Positions 1 to 10,474 are shown, counted from the stretch's first letter. The stretch is 64,000 nucleotides of DNA from IMGVR_UViG_3300042359_000853:62001-126000, one strand, 5' to 3'. The notes: generated by a model from the letters alone, not told the origin. Numbers and translations are program-made.

Positions 1-128
1 ATGTTTTGAGAAATATTTTGTTCAAGAATAAATAAATTAATGTTGTTAAAATCACACAACTTTTCAATAAGAGGTAAAGTATATTTATCATATACTGTAT
101 TTCCGACATTTATTAAAAAAATAGTCAT
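1..128 (-). CDS. partial ORF (runs off window), probably the next gene of the glycan cluster
   Basis: Own translation from ATG at 128: MTIFLINVGNTVYDKYTLPLIEKLCDFNNINLFILEQNISQN..., open to the window edge and co-oriented with the cluster. Confidence 0.6.
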   Translation of the reverse strand, partial: MTIFLINVGNTVYDKYTLPLIEKLCDFNNINLFILEQNISQN

Positions 129-141
129 ATTCTTGTTTTTT

Positions 142-447
142 TTATTGAATCTCTTCGATTCTCAAATTTTTATCATCAATAAATATGTCGTAGTATGGTT
201 TATCGACTCTCAAATCGTGGTGCTTAGCTCCCCACTCAACAAGTTGTTTCTTTGTTAGATCATACCAATCTATCCCAGATCTACTGCCTCTAGCAGTCCA
301 ATATACAATCCTATTACCTTTATCATACAGATCGTTTATTTTATTTATGTTTTCTCTAATTGGAGTCGACTGTTCATAAACTCTTGGATTATCAGGGGTT
401 ATACATATTGTTTCATCAATATCGACATAGATTACTTTTTTATTCAT
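142..447 (-). CDS. HAD-superfamily phosphatase (capsule-biosynthesis phosphatase-like)
   Basis: HAD motifs YVDIDETIC, YWTARG, KP.YD.FIDDK. Confidence 0.8.
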   Translation of the reverse strand: MNKKVIYVDIDETICITPDNPRVYEQSTPIRENINKINDLYDKGNRIVYWTARGSRSGIDWYDLTKKQLVEWGAKHHDLRVDKPYYDIFIDDKNLRIEEIQ

Positions 448-450
448 ATT

Positions 451-1065
451 TCAACTAATTAATTTTTTATTAGAGCACATAATATTACAATATCTCCAGT
501 CATCACCAAAGTTTTCCAATTTTTCTTCACCATTTATATGAAAATCATCGAAACCATGATTTACTAGAATTGATGCCAATTCTTCAAGATTGCTTCCTGC
601 TTCTCTCAGACCAATTCCATATTCAAATTGAACATACTTCGTTTTGGATAAAAAATCTCCAAAACCTCTTAAAACTTTGGTTTCAAATCCCTCAACATCT
701 ATTTTTATAAAATCAATGTATTCAATACCTTTCTCGAGGCAGTAATTCAAACCCGTTCTAACTTCGGTTTCTGTTTGAGTTACAATATCTGACATATTTT
801 CTCTTCTATAAAGAGAACCCTCTTTGTAGAGTTTGAGTATACATGGTTTATCGGATAGGGCAAAATTATTCAAGTAATATTCTTTGTTCTTGATATTTCT
901 TCTCATACTGTTAGAATGAGAGATATAGTTAGGTTCAAAGTAGTGGCAAATTATATCTGGTTCTTCAAAGAAAATTGAATCATCTGCCACACCGATATCA
1001 AAAACAATTTTGCAATTATTTTTAATTTTTTGGAAATAAATTTTTTCGTAATCCTCTATTGTCAT
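451..1065 (-). CDS. FkbM-family SAM-dependent methyltransferase
   Basis: VFDIG, FEPN, NFALSD, IDFIKIDVEGFE..VL.G, QFEY motifs. Confidence 0.85.
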   Translation of the reverse strand: MTIEDYEKIYFQKIKNNCKIVFDIGVADDSIFFEEPDIICHYFEPNYISHSNSMRRNIKNKEYYLNNFALSDKPCILKLYKEGSLYRRENMSDIVTQTETEVRTGLNYCLEKGIEYIDFIKIDVEGFETKVLRGFGDFLSKTKYVQFEYGIGLREAGSNLEELASILVNHGFDDFHINGEEKLENFGDDWRYCNIMCSNKKLIS

Positions 1066-1079
1066 AATTTTATCTAATT

Positions 1080-1754
1080 TTATTTTTGTAAGATTTGTCT
1101 GTATTTCTCTTTTTCATCATTTAAGATTTTCTTAACTTCATCTTTGCCTAAAAAACATATATTTTTGTGATCTTCTTTGAATATCATAGCTGATTTTTCA
1201 CAAATTTCTGTTTTCACTAAACATTCCTCAATTGTTTTACCCCAAGTTATTATGCCGTGATTCTTGAGTAAGATTATTTTGGGATCTGTATTATGTATCT
1301 CAACAAACTTATCAAATTCCTTTTCTATTGCTTGACATAATTCATCACCTGGGTGAAAATAATTAACCAAACATGATTTCATTCCATTGAAAACAACTTG
1401 ATCAGGAAAAAATCTATAGTTAGCAAAAGTAGAAGATAAGTTTCTACATAAAATTCGCATAGTATGTGATGGGTGTGTATGTGCCACAAAGTTACATCCT
1501 GTTTTTCTCAAAATTAGAGAATGAAAAGGTGCCTCCATACTAGCTCTTAATTCTGAGTTTCTTGGAATGCAATCCCAGGAGCATTCTACTAAATCTTTAT
1601 CTTTTAATGTCTCCATCCTTCTACCAGAAGCTTTAATCAAAAAAGTTTCATCAGAAAATCTTGCCGATACATTGCCCTCATATCCTACAACAAACGGGCT
1701 ATGACTCTTTGCTAATTTCAAAAGACTAGTTTTAATATTATTTTTATCTACCAT
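1080..1754 (-). CDS. class II aldolase/adducin-family protein
   Basis: EGNVSAR, IKASG, SME.PFH, HTHP, LLKNHG metal-binding motifs. Confidence 0.88.
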   Translation of the reverse strand: MVDKNNIKTSLLKLAKSHSPFVVGYEGNVSARFSDETFLIKASGRRMETLKDKDLVECSWDCIPRNSELRASMEAPFHSLILRKTGCNFVAHTHPSHTMRILCRNLSSTFANYRFFPDQVVFNGMKSCLVNYFHPGDELCQAIEKEFDKFVEIHNTDPKIILLKNHGIITWGKTIEECLVKTEICEKSAMIFKEDHKNICFLGKDEVKKILNDEKEKYRQILQK

Positions 1755-2506
1755 CTTGATAATCTGAAACTTCTATTTGAATTAAATTTAAAATTTTGAC
1801 AAATTCTTAAATATTCATCCTGTAAATAACCTTCTAGACCATTATTACTGAGTGGCAGAAGACCACCTCCGTGTGTTATATGTATAAACTGATAGAAAGG
1901 AAGACATTTGAAATATCCACATTCAACCGGAGTAGGGCAATACATTTTGTATATGGAGAATTTTTGTGAATATACTTGGGTCTCGAATTTTTCGATTGTT
2001 CTATAATTCTCGTTTGGGAAATTTGACATAATATCCATCAACGTCTCAAACTTCCAGATAGAGGGATTCACGTTATAAATAGCATGATTTGGATCATTCT
2101 GTTTTGTAAGATAAAAATCTAAATCATTCCACTTCAGATGATAATCTGATGAGTTCGAATGATAATATTGAAGATCAATTCGATCTAAATTATTATCTCT
2201 TGCAAAATCAAATAGTCCTTTTAACATAGTTACATCTTTAGATACGAGAATATCAATATCGTGAGTTAAAAGAATGTAATCTTCCTGGAATGATGTTTCT
2301 TTAAGGGATAGAATTCTAGAAGCATAGGGAAGTGAATCATCATAAAAAAGTATTTCTTTATAGCCCTCGGTAATATTTTGAGGCAAATTGCTAGTTTTGT
2401 TGATAAATAATTTTTTATCTGATATATCTCGAAGATAATGTGTCTGAATATTTAGAATATCTAAATATTCAGTATGTGAATAAATAATCCAATTCATATT
2501 ATGCAA
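1748..2506 (-). CDS. glycosyltransferase-like protein (GT-A fold); start may be ATG 2497
   Basis: HDID DxD-like motif, YNVNPSIW motif, cluster context. Confidence 0.55.
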   Translation of the reverse strand: MHNMNWIIYSHTEYLDILNIQTHYLRDISDKKLFINKTSNLPQNITEGYKEILFYDDSLPYASRILSLKETSFQEDYILLTHDIDILVSKDVTMLKGLFDFARDNNLDRIDLQYYHSNSSDYHLKWNDLDFYLTKQNDPNHAIYNVNPSIWKFETLMDIMSNFPNENYRTIEKFETQVYSQKFSIYKMYCPTPVECGYFKCLPFYQFIHITHGGGLLPLSNNGLEGYLQDEYLRICQNFKFNSNRSFRLSRW

Positions 2507-3953
2507 TCTTTTTTCCGAGGAAAAGAATTACAATCACTACGTAATCATAATAATTACCAAGATTGAATCTATCATCATCATTTATAGGGTAATATTGTAG
2601 AAAAGTTACCTTATTATGATTTTTATCCGAAGAATCAATTTTGAAAGGTATATTTCTAGCTGAAAAGTAGCTTATGATTTCTAGAAGAGTATATTTTTTG
2701 TGTATAAAAAGATTCAAGATCACATTCGGTAAAATTTCAGGATAGTTCAAATCAATCTGATCCTCAGTAGTAAAATTAATTATTAAATCCGATAAGTCTC
2801 TTTGTGGTAGAACATATTTGTAATAGTCATCTTTTCTAAGTGAGATCTGCTCAAGAACTTTTTCTTTAGTATATCCCCGTTCAAGAACATCTCTTTTGAT
2901 TTTCCAAAGTTGCTTCAATCTTGTATCAGTATCCACAAAAATTTTTAGATCATAAACCCCATCATTTCTACCTAAGAGACTATGTAGACCACAAACAATC
3001 AAGTTATCTGATGTTTCTATTTCTTGTTTTTCTGTAAATTTACCTGTTGAATGATCATAATTTACATGGTAAATACTTTTTCCGATTTTTAGATCAAAAA
3101 TATCATCACTCATTTTTGTAATATAGTTAGCTTCTGGATTGAGATGTGTGAATTTTTTCCAATTATCGTCGCCTCTCTCCCACTTATGATACCTATCACA
3201 TTCTAGCATAAATGAATTTGAAAAATAAGTTTTTAGAATATTTCCCAAAGTTGTTTTACCAGAACCAGAATCACCAGCAATAGCAAAAACATTACAGAGT
3301 GAAAGTATCACATTATACTCCATATCTACCAACTTTTTAGGCATGTTTGATGACATAAAATAGTTGAACAAAATAGTTTCTGGTGTGTATCCGTTTTTCT
3401 GGGTTAGAGAATCTAGATTATGATAAATATCAAAATATTTGTTCATGGATTCTCCATCACCAAAAGCAAAAATATCACAAAGATGGTCGTCACCTGAATT
3501 TTCTAATTTTGACTTATCAATTATACTCTTAGAAGGTATATACACTAAATTATTTTCTATGCTATCAGGAAAAACATCCTCTGATATAATATTCAAGTCG
3601 GGTCTGTATTTTATAATAAGATCATATTTGAATTTTATTTCATTAATTTTTCTTAATTCATTTAATTTATAATATTTTATCCAATGATTATAAAGATTGT
3701 TTTTCTTTTTATTTTTTGAAAAATAGTAGTTATCCTCATAGATGAGAGAAACGGGATTCAAGATTTCTTCGAGCCATTTCAAATCCTCCAACTCATGATT
3801 CAAATTGAAGTATTTATCTTCTGTAGATTCATTTTTTGTAATATGAATGTAAATATCAACTTTGTCAAATTTGTCTAAAATTTTAGTTTTTATATTCGGA
3901 ATATTTATTTTGAAACTTCTTAAATATCCAGAAATCAAAAGAGCTACTCTCAT
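2499..3953 (-). CDS. fusion of an N-terminal glycosyltransferase-like domain and a phosphoribulokinase/uridine kinase-like P-loop kinase
   Basis: N-part RVALLISGYLR...YDLIIKYRPDL...DIFAFG; C-part AGDSGSGKTT, DRYHKWER, HLNPEAN, YDHSTGKF, KIKRD..ERGY. Confidence 0.8.
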   Translation of the reverse strand: MRVALLISGYLRSFKINIPNIKTKILDKFDKVDIYIHITKNESTEDKYFNLNHELEDLKWLEEILNPVSLIYEDNYYFSKNKKKNNLYNHWIKYYKLNELRKINEIKFKYDLIIKYRPDLNIISEDVFPDSIENNLVYIPSKSIIDKSKLENSGDDHLCDIFAFGDGESMNKYFDIYHNLDSLTQKNGYTPETILFNYFMSSNMPKKLVDMEYNVILSLCNVFAIAGDSGSGKTTLGNILKTYFSNSFMLECDRYHKWERGDDNWKKFTHLNPEANYITKMSDDIFDLKIGKSIYHVNYDHSTGKFTEKQEIETSDNLIVCGLHSLLGRNDGVYDLKIFVDTDTRLKQLWKIKRDVLERGYTKEKVLEQISLRKDDYYKYVLPQRDLSDLIINFTTEDQIDLNYPEILPNVILNLFIHKKYTLLEIISYFSARNIPFKIDSSDKNHNKVTFLQYYPINDDDRFNLGNYYDYVVIVILFLGKKIA

Positions 3954-3969
3954 TTGTTGTAAGTTATTT

Positions 3970-4824
3970 TTATCTAAAATTATTTATTATTTTCCAATTG
4001 CTAAGCTCGATGGGTTCTAGTTTATGAAAATTAGAATTGTGTGCTAAAATTAGACCTCCAAAACGGTTAATAAGTGGATGTAGAAATATCGGTTTAGATT
4101 TGAACAAGCTATATTTAGCATCAAGCAAGTAACAAAAAGCCGCCCAAACAGAATCTATAAAATGTATTTCACTTGATTTTTCTAAAATTTTTATTGTGTG
4201 AAAAATATTATCGGCCAGTCCATGTAAATTGACATATTTTTTTGAATTATCAAAGTTATGTATTTGTAAAGGAACACCAAAATTACGGGTTGGATCTGAA
4301 TGTACTAGAATATAATTATCGGTGCCAATTTTGGAAATAAAATCGTTATAGACTTCTTCTTCTTTCTCTAAATCTCTTGTAATATTAAAGCAATTTATTT
4401 TTTCAACAAAATCTATATCATAATGTGTATATAAACCTTTGATTGGATGATCGGTCTGCCATAGTTTTGGATAAATGTCTTTGTATTTATCATCTGGTCT
4501 TCTATACCAATCAGACCAACCGTGGATAAGTAAATCATAATCTTCTTTATCCACACCGTTTTCTTGCCAGATATCATACAAACTTTTTTTACCAGTTTTC
4601 TCCAAATCGTGATCAGATTCAAGAATTTTTAAAATTTCGACATTTTCTAAATCCTTCAGTGCGAACTGAACATTCTCATACATTTTATCGATTACGGTAA
4701 CTTTTACGAGATCATATTTTTTAGCGTAGTATCCCGGTAGAGATAGTAGATTTATTGTATCAGTCCAAGCTTGATGTGAATATATTATACCTTTTTTCAT
4801 TGTATCTATTTTATTATTGTCCAA
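3970..4824 (-). CDS. glycosyltransferase-like protein (GT-B/GT9-like), paralog of 4806-5573
   Basis: HQAWTD, RDLEKE, YILVH, EIHFIDSVWA, shared with the neighbouring ORF. Confidence 0.55.
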   Translation of the reverse strand: MDNNKIDTMKKGIIYSHQAWTDTINLLSLPGYYAKKYDLVKVTVIDKMYENVQFALKDLENVEILKILESDHDLEKTGKKSLYDIWQENGVDKEDYDLLIHGWSDWYRRPDDKYKDIYPKLWQTDHPIKGLYTHYDIDFVEKINCFNITRDLEKEEEVYNDFISKIGTDNYILVHSDPTRNFGVPLQIHNFDNSKKYVNLHGLADNIFHTIKILEKSSEIHFIDSVWAAFCYLLDAKYSLFKSKPIFLHPLINRFGGLILAHNSNFHKLEPIELSNWKIINNFR

Positions 4825-5573
4825 TTTTCAGGATGAATTGGTTCAATAGTTTGATCTGTTTGATAATCTAATAAACCACCTTGTCTTAATTTGAATGGAT
4901 ATATAAATATAGGAATATCAGTAAATAATCTATATTTACAATCTAGATGATAAATTATTGAAGCCCAGACTGAATCAACTAAATGAATTTGTTCGGATTT
5001 CTGTAAAATTTTAATGAAACTAAAAAAATTTGTAGTAATCTTGTTCAAATTTATGCTCTTTTTATTATTGATTACGTGATTTGGAAGTTTTATTCCAGTA
5101 TCACCACCTGGTGTATGATCATCTTCGTGATACAGAATATAGTCACTCCTCTTAGATTCAATAAAATTTTGGTAAGTTGTATTCTCTAACTCTAAATCTC
5201 TTTTTAAAGAGAAGTATTCTATTTTAGCTCTAAAATCAATACCATATGACTGATAAAATTTTTTCACAAAGAAATCTGAACTCGAGTCAAATCTAAACCT
5301 GAATTGATCTGACCTGAATCGATCGTGTTGCCCATGAAAAAGAATATCATATCCAAGCTGGATATTAAAGTGGTAATTATCGAGATCTTTTTTATTTTGA
5401 TATATTGCCGAGACGTTATCAAATTGACTCAGATAGAAATCTATAAATGGTCTCGAATCCTCACGAATTAAAACATCTAAATGGGCGTATCTTTTTGAAT
5501 AATAACCCACTAAACCTAAGCAATTTACGATATCAGTCCAACCTTGATGTGTAAAAAAAATACCTCTCTTCAA
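4806..5573 (-). CDS. glycosyltransferase-like protein (GT-B/GT9-like), paralog of 3970-4824
   Basis: HQGWTD, RDLELE, YILYH, QIHLVDSVWA; TTG start. Confidence 0.55.
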   Translation of the reverse strand: MKRGIFFTHQGWTDIVNCLGLVGYYSKRYAHLDVLIREDSRPFIDFYLSQFDNVSAIYQNKKDLDNYHFNIQLGYDILFHGQHDRFRSDQFRFRFDSSSDFFVKKFYQSYGIDFRAKIEYFSLKRDLELENTTYQNFIESKRSDYILYHEDDHTPGGDTGIKLPNHVINNKKSINLNKITTNFFSFIKILQKSEQIHLVDSVWASIIYHLDCKYRLFTDIPIFIYPFKLRQGGLLDYQTDQTIEPIHPENWTIIK

Positions 5574-6790
5574 ATTAAATTATTGTAAAATTTTATAAAA
5601 TCCTCCAAATCAAAACTCCACTCAGAATTTAGACCTTCGTCTAAGGGTGTAGCATCCTCTTTGAGAACTTTTATTTCTTCAAATGTATCATCGTTGTTCC
5701 ATCCGGATATAGGTGATTTCGAAAAATTAACAACTAAATATTTTTTTTGGACTTCTTTAATCTCACCAATTCTATTACCCCACTTTATTCTCATGTATCT
5801 TTTCCATATGTTAGATTCAGTATTTAAAGAATTCAAGAAATAGTTTGTAGTTCCACCAGAAAAACTAAATATAAATCTAGAATTTATTGATAAAAAATGT
5901 GGAGAACATATGCATATACTTTTACATTCAGAGTTAGCAAACAAAAGGTTACATAATCCACCACCGATGGCGCCTATAACCATTTCAGATCCCATCATCA
6001 TTCCTATTTTGTCGTTGGTAGAAAGTTTTTCGGTAAAAACTTCAGTAAATCCTTCACTTTCTAAAAATTTAACTAGTTCATCCTCAATTATAAGTTTTCT
6101 TCTCTGAGTATAATTTGTTCCAATATTAGAGTAGTCACCGTGAATCCAGCTTCTTCTGGATATGTAAATTTTTTTTGGATAAGAATTTATATCAACTAGA
6201 TTACTAACAACATTTTTTATTTGTTCATATAATTTGAAAATTTCTTGTCTGGGTGGTAAGTTAGAATTGTGTCCATGTGTATAGGAATCTGAAATGTAAA
6301 TTTTTTTGTATAATATACCTCGATCTAGAGAAACTAAATTTTCTTTCTCAATTTCAAGAATTTTCAAAAACTCCCAAAAAAAGGGATAAAAATCACGGCT
6401 ACCGGGAAAACTAACTAATATCTTTTCAACTAAGTTTTCTTTTTTGAGTTGCTTATAAGTTATTAAATAGGGTAGTGTGTCGTAAACAAAATGGTAGTAA
6501 TTATCAGAGTTATAAACAAAATAAAAAACAGGTTCTTCAAATGTCGATATTAATCTAACCTCAGTAGAGATCTCAATAGGTTGTTCCGAATAATCACCAA
6601 GTGACATAACTTTCTCGAAATAAGGATTATATAAATTATCACCAGACCCAAGAATAATACCTGGATAAATACTTGTATCACTAGCTACGAATACATCTTC
6701 TAATAGATAGGCATCTATTTTTCTCCCATTTTCGTCTGTATCAAAAATAGGCATTCTATTTTTGTGGTTTTCTAGTGTTTGTATATTCAT
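5570..6790 (-). CDS. GT61 (DUF563)-family glycosyltransferase
   Basis: NYYHFVYDTLP, KIYISRR, RR.L..E.EL...L...GF..V..E.LS, VIGAIGGGLCNLLF. Confidence 0.8.
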   Translation of the reverse strand: MNIQTLENHKNRMPIFDTDENGRKIDAYLLEDVFVASDTSIYPGIILGSGDNLYNPYFEKVMSLGDYSEQPIEISTEVRLISTFEEPVFYFVYNSDNYYHFVYDTLPYLITYKQLKKENLVEKILVSFPGSRDFYPFFWEFLKILEIEKENLVSLDRGILYKKIYISDSYTHGHNSNLPPRQEIFKLYEQIKNVVSNLVDINSYPKKIYISRRSWIHGDYSNIGTNYTQRRKLIIEDELVKFLESEGFTEVFTEKLSTNDKIGMMMGSEMVIGAIGGGLCNLLFANSECKSICICSPHFLSINSRFIFSFSGGTTNYFLNSLNTESNIWKRYMRIKWGNRIGEIKEVQKKYLVVNFSKSPISGWNNDDTFEEIKVLKEDATPLDEGLNSEWSFDLEDFIKFYNNLI

Positions 6791-6792
6791 GT

Positions 6793-7458
6793 TTAGTATA
6801 AAGTCGAGTTTACTCTATTTAATATACTCTGTGGTATTGGTTGGTGTGGTGCGGCAGAGACCTGGGAATCCCATTTATATTTACACATAATTTTATCTAG
6901 AACGAGTTGTGTTTTTGCTCTGGTTGATGCCTCGGCTATAAAAACAGCGTCTTCTCCCCAACTTATATTTTCAAAGGATATTTGTTTAATAAAATCAGTT
7001 CGCCAAGCACACCACTGCCAAGGCGGTCTATTACACGGCACAGGATTTCCAGAGGTATCTTTTTGAAGCTGATCGAATGGAATAACTTTGTTGTGCTCTA
7101 AATTAGTTCTGACTAACCATTTTTTTCCATCCACTGTCGCTTCTTGATTGTAACAAATTACATCAACGTCGAGATCCGTGGTTATACTATTTCTGAGTGT
7201 TTCTATGAAATCATCTACTACATCATCGTCATCATCAATAACACAAGTATATTGGCCTTGTGCAAGAGAAAATAAAAGATTTTTTTTTCTACCAATAGAC
7301 ATGACTTTATTGTCCATTAAACTGATGACTTCAATATCTTTTGAATCACCTATCTGATCCAGTAATTTTTTATAGAATGGGCTTAGATAGTTATTCATTC
7401 TTTCTGGAATACTTGGTATTCCAATTGTGAGTTTAATGGTTTGTGCTGAATTCATCAT
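6793..7458 (-). CDS. GT2-like glycosyltransferase
   Basis: LTIGIPSIPER, SIG.K.N.L...AQGQY.C.IDDDD, WGED. Confidence 0.8.
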   Translation of the reverse strand: MMNSAQTIKLTIGIPSIPERMNNYLSPFYKKLLDQIGDSKDIEVISLMDNKVMSIGRKKNLLFSLAQGQYTCVIDDDDDVVDDFIETLRNSITTDLDVDVICYNQEATVDGKKWLVRTNLEHNKVIPFDQLQKDTSGNPVPCNRPPWQWCAWRTDFIKQISFENISWGEDAVFIAEASTRAKTQLVLDKIMCKYKWDSQVSAAPHQPIPQSILNRVNSTLY

Positions 7459-8158
7459 AAATCTTCAAATTTATATTTTCTTTTTTTAAGAAATCTTGTA
7501 GAAAAACTTTGCCGTAGTAATTTACATCAAGAATACTACCGTCTCCCCAGTAAGCTTGGCCCACAAAGTGTTCGTCACTTCTTGGACCAGACGAACTTGG
7601 GAAAGGCCTTTTTTCGAAAAACTCATCATGAACCAATGATTCATTTTTGACTAGTGGGTATATTACACTACCAAGAAAGTCTTGGTCTATACCGTGTCTG
7701 TTATCTTTAGGAAACGTCTCAATCAATTTATCTATTTGAGTAAGTATTCCGGATTTAGCACCCCACATACCACCCAGTATAGGAACTGAATGATATCTAT
7801 GATCTCTCATAATATGAAATTGTTCTCTAGAATTTATCCATTCATCTACCGCCAATTTTTCCCTCAATAAAAGTCTGCTATCAACATCACGACTGATCAT
7901 TACTTCTACTTGAGGATCAGACGCAGCTAAAAATCTCCAAAACATACCAGTCCAATCACAAACCTGCGAAATTTCTATGAGTTCTACGTTTTTTCTGATT
8001 GATAGATCTTCTTTTAATCTCGTTGGTGTATTGTGACCTAAATAGTAACGACATATCCAGTCGGGGTAGTAAATTTGTGCTAAATCCGCATTTTGTAGTG
8101 CACCACCGGTATATCGATAGTTATTACCCCACAAACTAAAACATATTACCTTTTTCAC
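7433..8158 (-). CDS. putative glycosyltransferase (GT-A type seen in large DNA viruses)
   Basis: FSLWG..Y..GA..NA, MFWRF, SRDVDSR, HIMRDH..H..PILGGMWG, DQDFL; GTG start. Confidence 0.65.
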   Translation of the reverse strand: MKKVICFSLWGNNYRYTGGALQNADLAQIYYPDWICRYYLGHNTPTRLKEDLSIRKNVELIEISQVCDWTGMFWRFLAASDPQVEVMISRDVDSRLLLREKLAVDEWINSREQFHIMRDHRYHSVPILGGMWGAKSGILTQIDKLIETFPKDNRHGIDQDFLGSVIYPLVKNESLVHDEFFEKRPFPSSSGPRSDEHFVGQAYWGDGSILDVNYYGKVFLQDFLKKENINLKIYDEFSTNH

Positions 8159-8943
8159 TTTATACTATCAAACTTTTTGAAATTGACCTTATTTCTGAAG
8201 AAAAAACTTTCATAGGGATACTGCCTTTCATCAGAAAGAACTCTACGATGTGGCCTACCGTATAGTCCTGAAATTGTAGCTGAAGGATCAAAAGTGTATT
8301 TAGTAATAGTGAACTCTTGGTTAAACTTTGGTTTCTCAGCGTATCCTATTTCAGAATTATTAATTATCATGGTAGGATCTTTTTGACCAGTTTGATGAAC
8401 ATTCACGATAATTGGAAGATTCAGTCCTGGTGGGTAGTTCCCGAACTTATCGATATATCTCCAAACGAAGTCGCCATCTTCTTCACCATGTAGTAGGAAC
8501 CTTTCATCAAAATAATTCATATCATCTAAAAGTTTTTTAGTAATAACAAAATGACTGAATGAGTTATTGATAGTAAAACATTCCTGACCTGGGTTGGATG
8601 ATATAACACCATTCAAGATTTCTACAAAGTTTTTGCCTTCGTCAAAAAGTAGATCATCATTGAGAATAAGATTATATTCGGTAACAGAGTTAATAACGAG
8701 AGTGTTCCACAACTTAGCCAGAGCTCTAAACTCTTGATGAAAAATGGGAAATATGTTGTTATATTCTAAACATAGTTTAAGAACTCCTTTTCTATATTCT
8801 TCACTAAAAGGAGTTTCTATTTCTCCATTAATTGCTAAGTTTATGATTATATCCGGATCACATCTCTTGAGATATTTTATCATTCTAGTGAGTGATTCGA
8901 GACGCCTTTCGAATGTTGTTATTCCTATACTAAAGTTTGTCAT
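8155..8943 (-). CDS. GT2-like glycosyltransferase
   Basis: SIGITTF, LILNDD, YFDERF..GEEDGD. Confidence 0.75.
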   Translation of the reverse strand: MTNFSIGITTFERRLESLTRMIKYLKRCDPDIIINLAINGEIETPFSEEYRKGVLKLCLEYNNIFPIFHQEFRALAKLWNTLVINSVTEYNLILNDDLLFDEGKNFVEILNGVISSNPGQECFTINNSFSHFVITKKLLDDMNYFDERFLLHGEEDGDFVWRYIDKFGNYPPGLNLPIIVNVHQTGQKDPTMIINNSEIGYAEKPKFNQEFTITKYTFDPSATISGLYGRPHRRVLSDERQYPYESFFFRNKVNFKKFDSIK

Positions 8944-9782
8944 TCAAAAATTCGGTAGAGAAACTCTCTAATGGTTTCTATTTTATTCGCGACGGGTGGT
9001 TCGTTATTTACAAAAGGTCTTTCACTAAGAACTTCGAAATACTTTTCCCGGTTACGATCTAGTTCTATAATATATTCTACAGCAGATGAAAAGTTTGGAA
9101 AATTTCTTACATCAATAAAAGATTTCGGGTTAAACTCTTTATTAATATCTGTGTTTCCAAAATAAATCGGAATAGTATGTGATGATAGAGCTTGTGGAAG
9201 TTTTTCTGTAGTATAGTGCTCGTTATAACCTCTATGTGCGTCGTTCTCAAAACAAATATTAAACTTGTAATGTCTGAGAAACTCAAGCTTATCTCCTACG
9301 AGTCTTCCCAGATTGTTCATAAATCTACCACCCGAATCAACCGTCTTGTATTTTGAGAGAAGATTGAAAAACTCGTTTCTCGGACCAGATGCGCCGTTGC
9401 TTACTACAAAAGAACAAAACTTTCTATCAAAAAGAGATTCTTGTGGGTCTGGTCTTTGTGAAAGTTCATAATAACCAGGATACAAAAGATAGTGTGGTAG
9501 TCTATAGTTTCTCGGATCTTCTGAATAATCAAAAGAAAAAGCCCAATCACATCCCCTTAGAGGATCTACATCTCGAAAAATTGGTGATATATTCTCACCG
9601 GTATAAAATATTTTTTTGCAACTATATCGGGTATGGTTACTACCAAAAACCGAATAAAACAAAAAATCTGGATTTGGTGAAATTTCTACCGAAAAACCTT
9701 CACGAAGAAGATTAGTAAAGTAGTTATCGGATTTATCAAACCCAGGCCAAAAATCTATAAAATCTATTTTTAATGACCTCAT
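8940..9782 (-). CDS. GT10-family alpha-1,3-fucosyltransferase-like protein
   Basis: DFWPGF, YTGEN, RLP.Y, FCSFVVSN, VDSGG, YKFNICFEN, YTTEKL, IPIYFG. Confidence 0.88.
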   Translation of the reverse strand: MRSLKIDFIDFWPGFDKSDNYFTNLLREGFSVEISPNPDFLFYSVFGSNHTRYSCKKIFYTGENISPIFRDVDPLRGCDWAFSFDYSEDPRNYRLPHYLLYPGYYELSQRPDPQESLFDRKFCSFVVSNGASGPRNEFFNLLSKYKTVDSGGRFMNNLGRLVGDKLEFLRHYKFNICFENDAHRGYNEHYTTEKLPQALSSHTIPIYFGNTDINKEFNPKSFIDVRNFPNFSSAVEYIIELDRNREKYFEVLSERPFVNNEPPVANKIETIREFLYRIFE

Positions 9783-10474
9783 ACCTTTAATCTTTCCTCA
9801 AGTGGCATTGAGCTTCTTCTAATCCAAGTTTCTTTGTCCCTAGACATATTGTTATAGTAAGATTGATCGTTGGAATCTCCCTGGCGCCTTCCGTTAGACC
9901 AATGATGATGAACAAAGATATAATCTTTGTCCTTTTCTCTATTATCTACTACAAGTCCCATTTCAAAGAGATTTTTATAAAGTTCAGCATCTGAATAAAG
10001 ATGTGTGTATTGTGGATGATAGATAACCAGATTGTTATCTACTAAACACGAATAGGTCATAATCGGTATAGAAAAAACTGGATGTTCCATATTTGAGAAA
10101 TCTAGTTTTTGATATCCATCATTGACCATCAGAGCTCCTTTTTGTGGTAAACTCGCTACTACATACACATCCCAGTTCTCGGGTGGTGTGAAATCATCAG
10201 ATCCGAAAACAACAATATCTTCTGGATCAGCCTTGAGTGTTGAAGACAACTTATATGAAGGTAAGCAAACACCTTTATAGGGTGGTTGATAAACCGTAAG
10301 TGTATATTCTAGACTATTTCTTGTAAAGTAAGCATCTAAAAACTCACGTTCGGCCTCTGTTGAGACCAAAACGTGAGTTTTAACAGATGATTTATTACTG
10401 GCGGCTTTCATCCATATAGAATGGACATTTGGAAAGGAGTTGGTTCTTATAGTGCACCAAAGTAGATGTATCAT
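9779..10474 (-). CDS. GT2-like glycosyltransferase
   Basis: GSDDF.PP.NWD, VNDG, IYHP.Y..LYSD.EL, HHHW. Confidence 0.65.
   Translation of the reverse strand: MIHLLWCTIRTNSFPNVHSIWMKAASNKSSVKTHVLVSTEAEREFLDAYFTRNSLEYTLTVYQPPYKGVCLPSYKLSSTLKADPEDIVVFGSDDFTPPENWDVYVVASLPQKGALMVNDGYQKLDFSNMEHPVFSIPIMTYSCLVDNNLVIYHPQYTHLYSDAELYKNLFEMGLVVDNREKDKDYIFVHHHWSNGRRQGDSNDQSYYNNMSRDKETWIRRSSMPLEERLKV

Noticed and set aside
2499-3953. Calvin-cycle auxiliary gene (phosphoribulokinase)
   Set aside because: Fused to a GT-like domain within a glycan cluster, with no other carbon-fixation genes and a probable heterotrophic host
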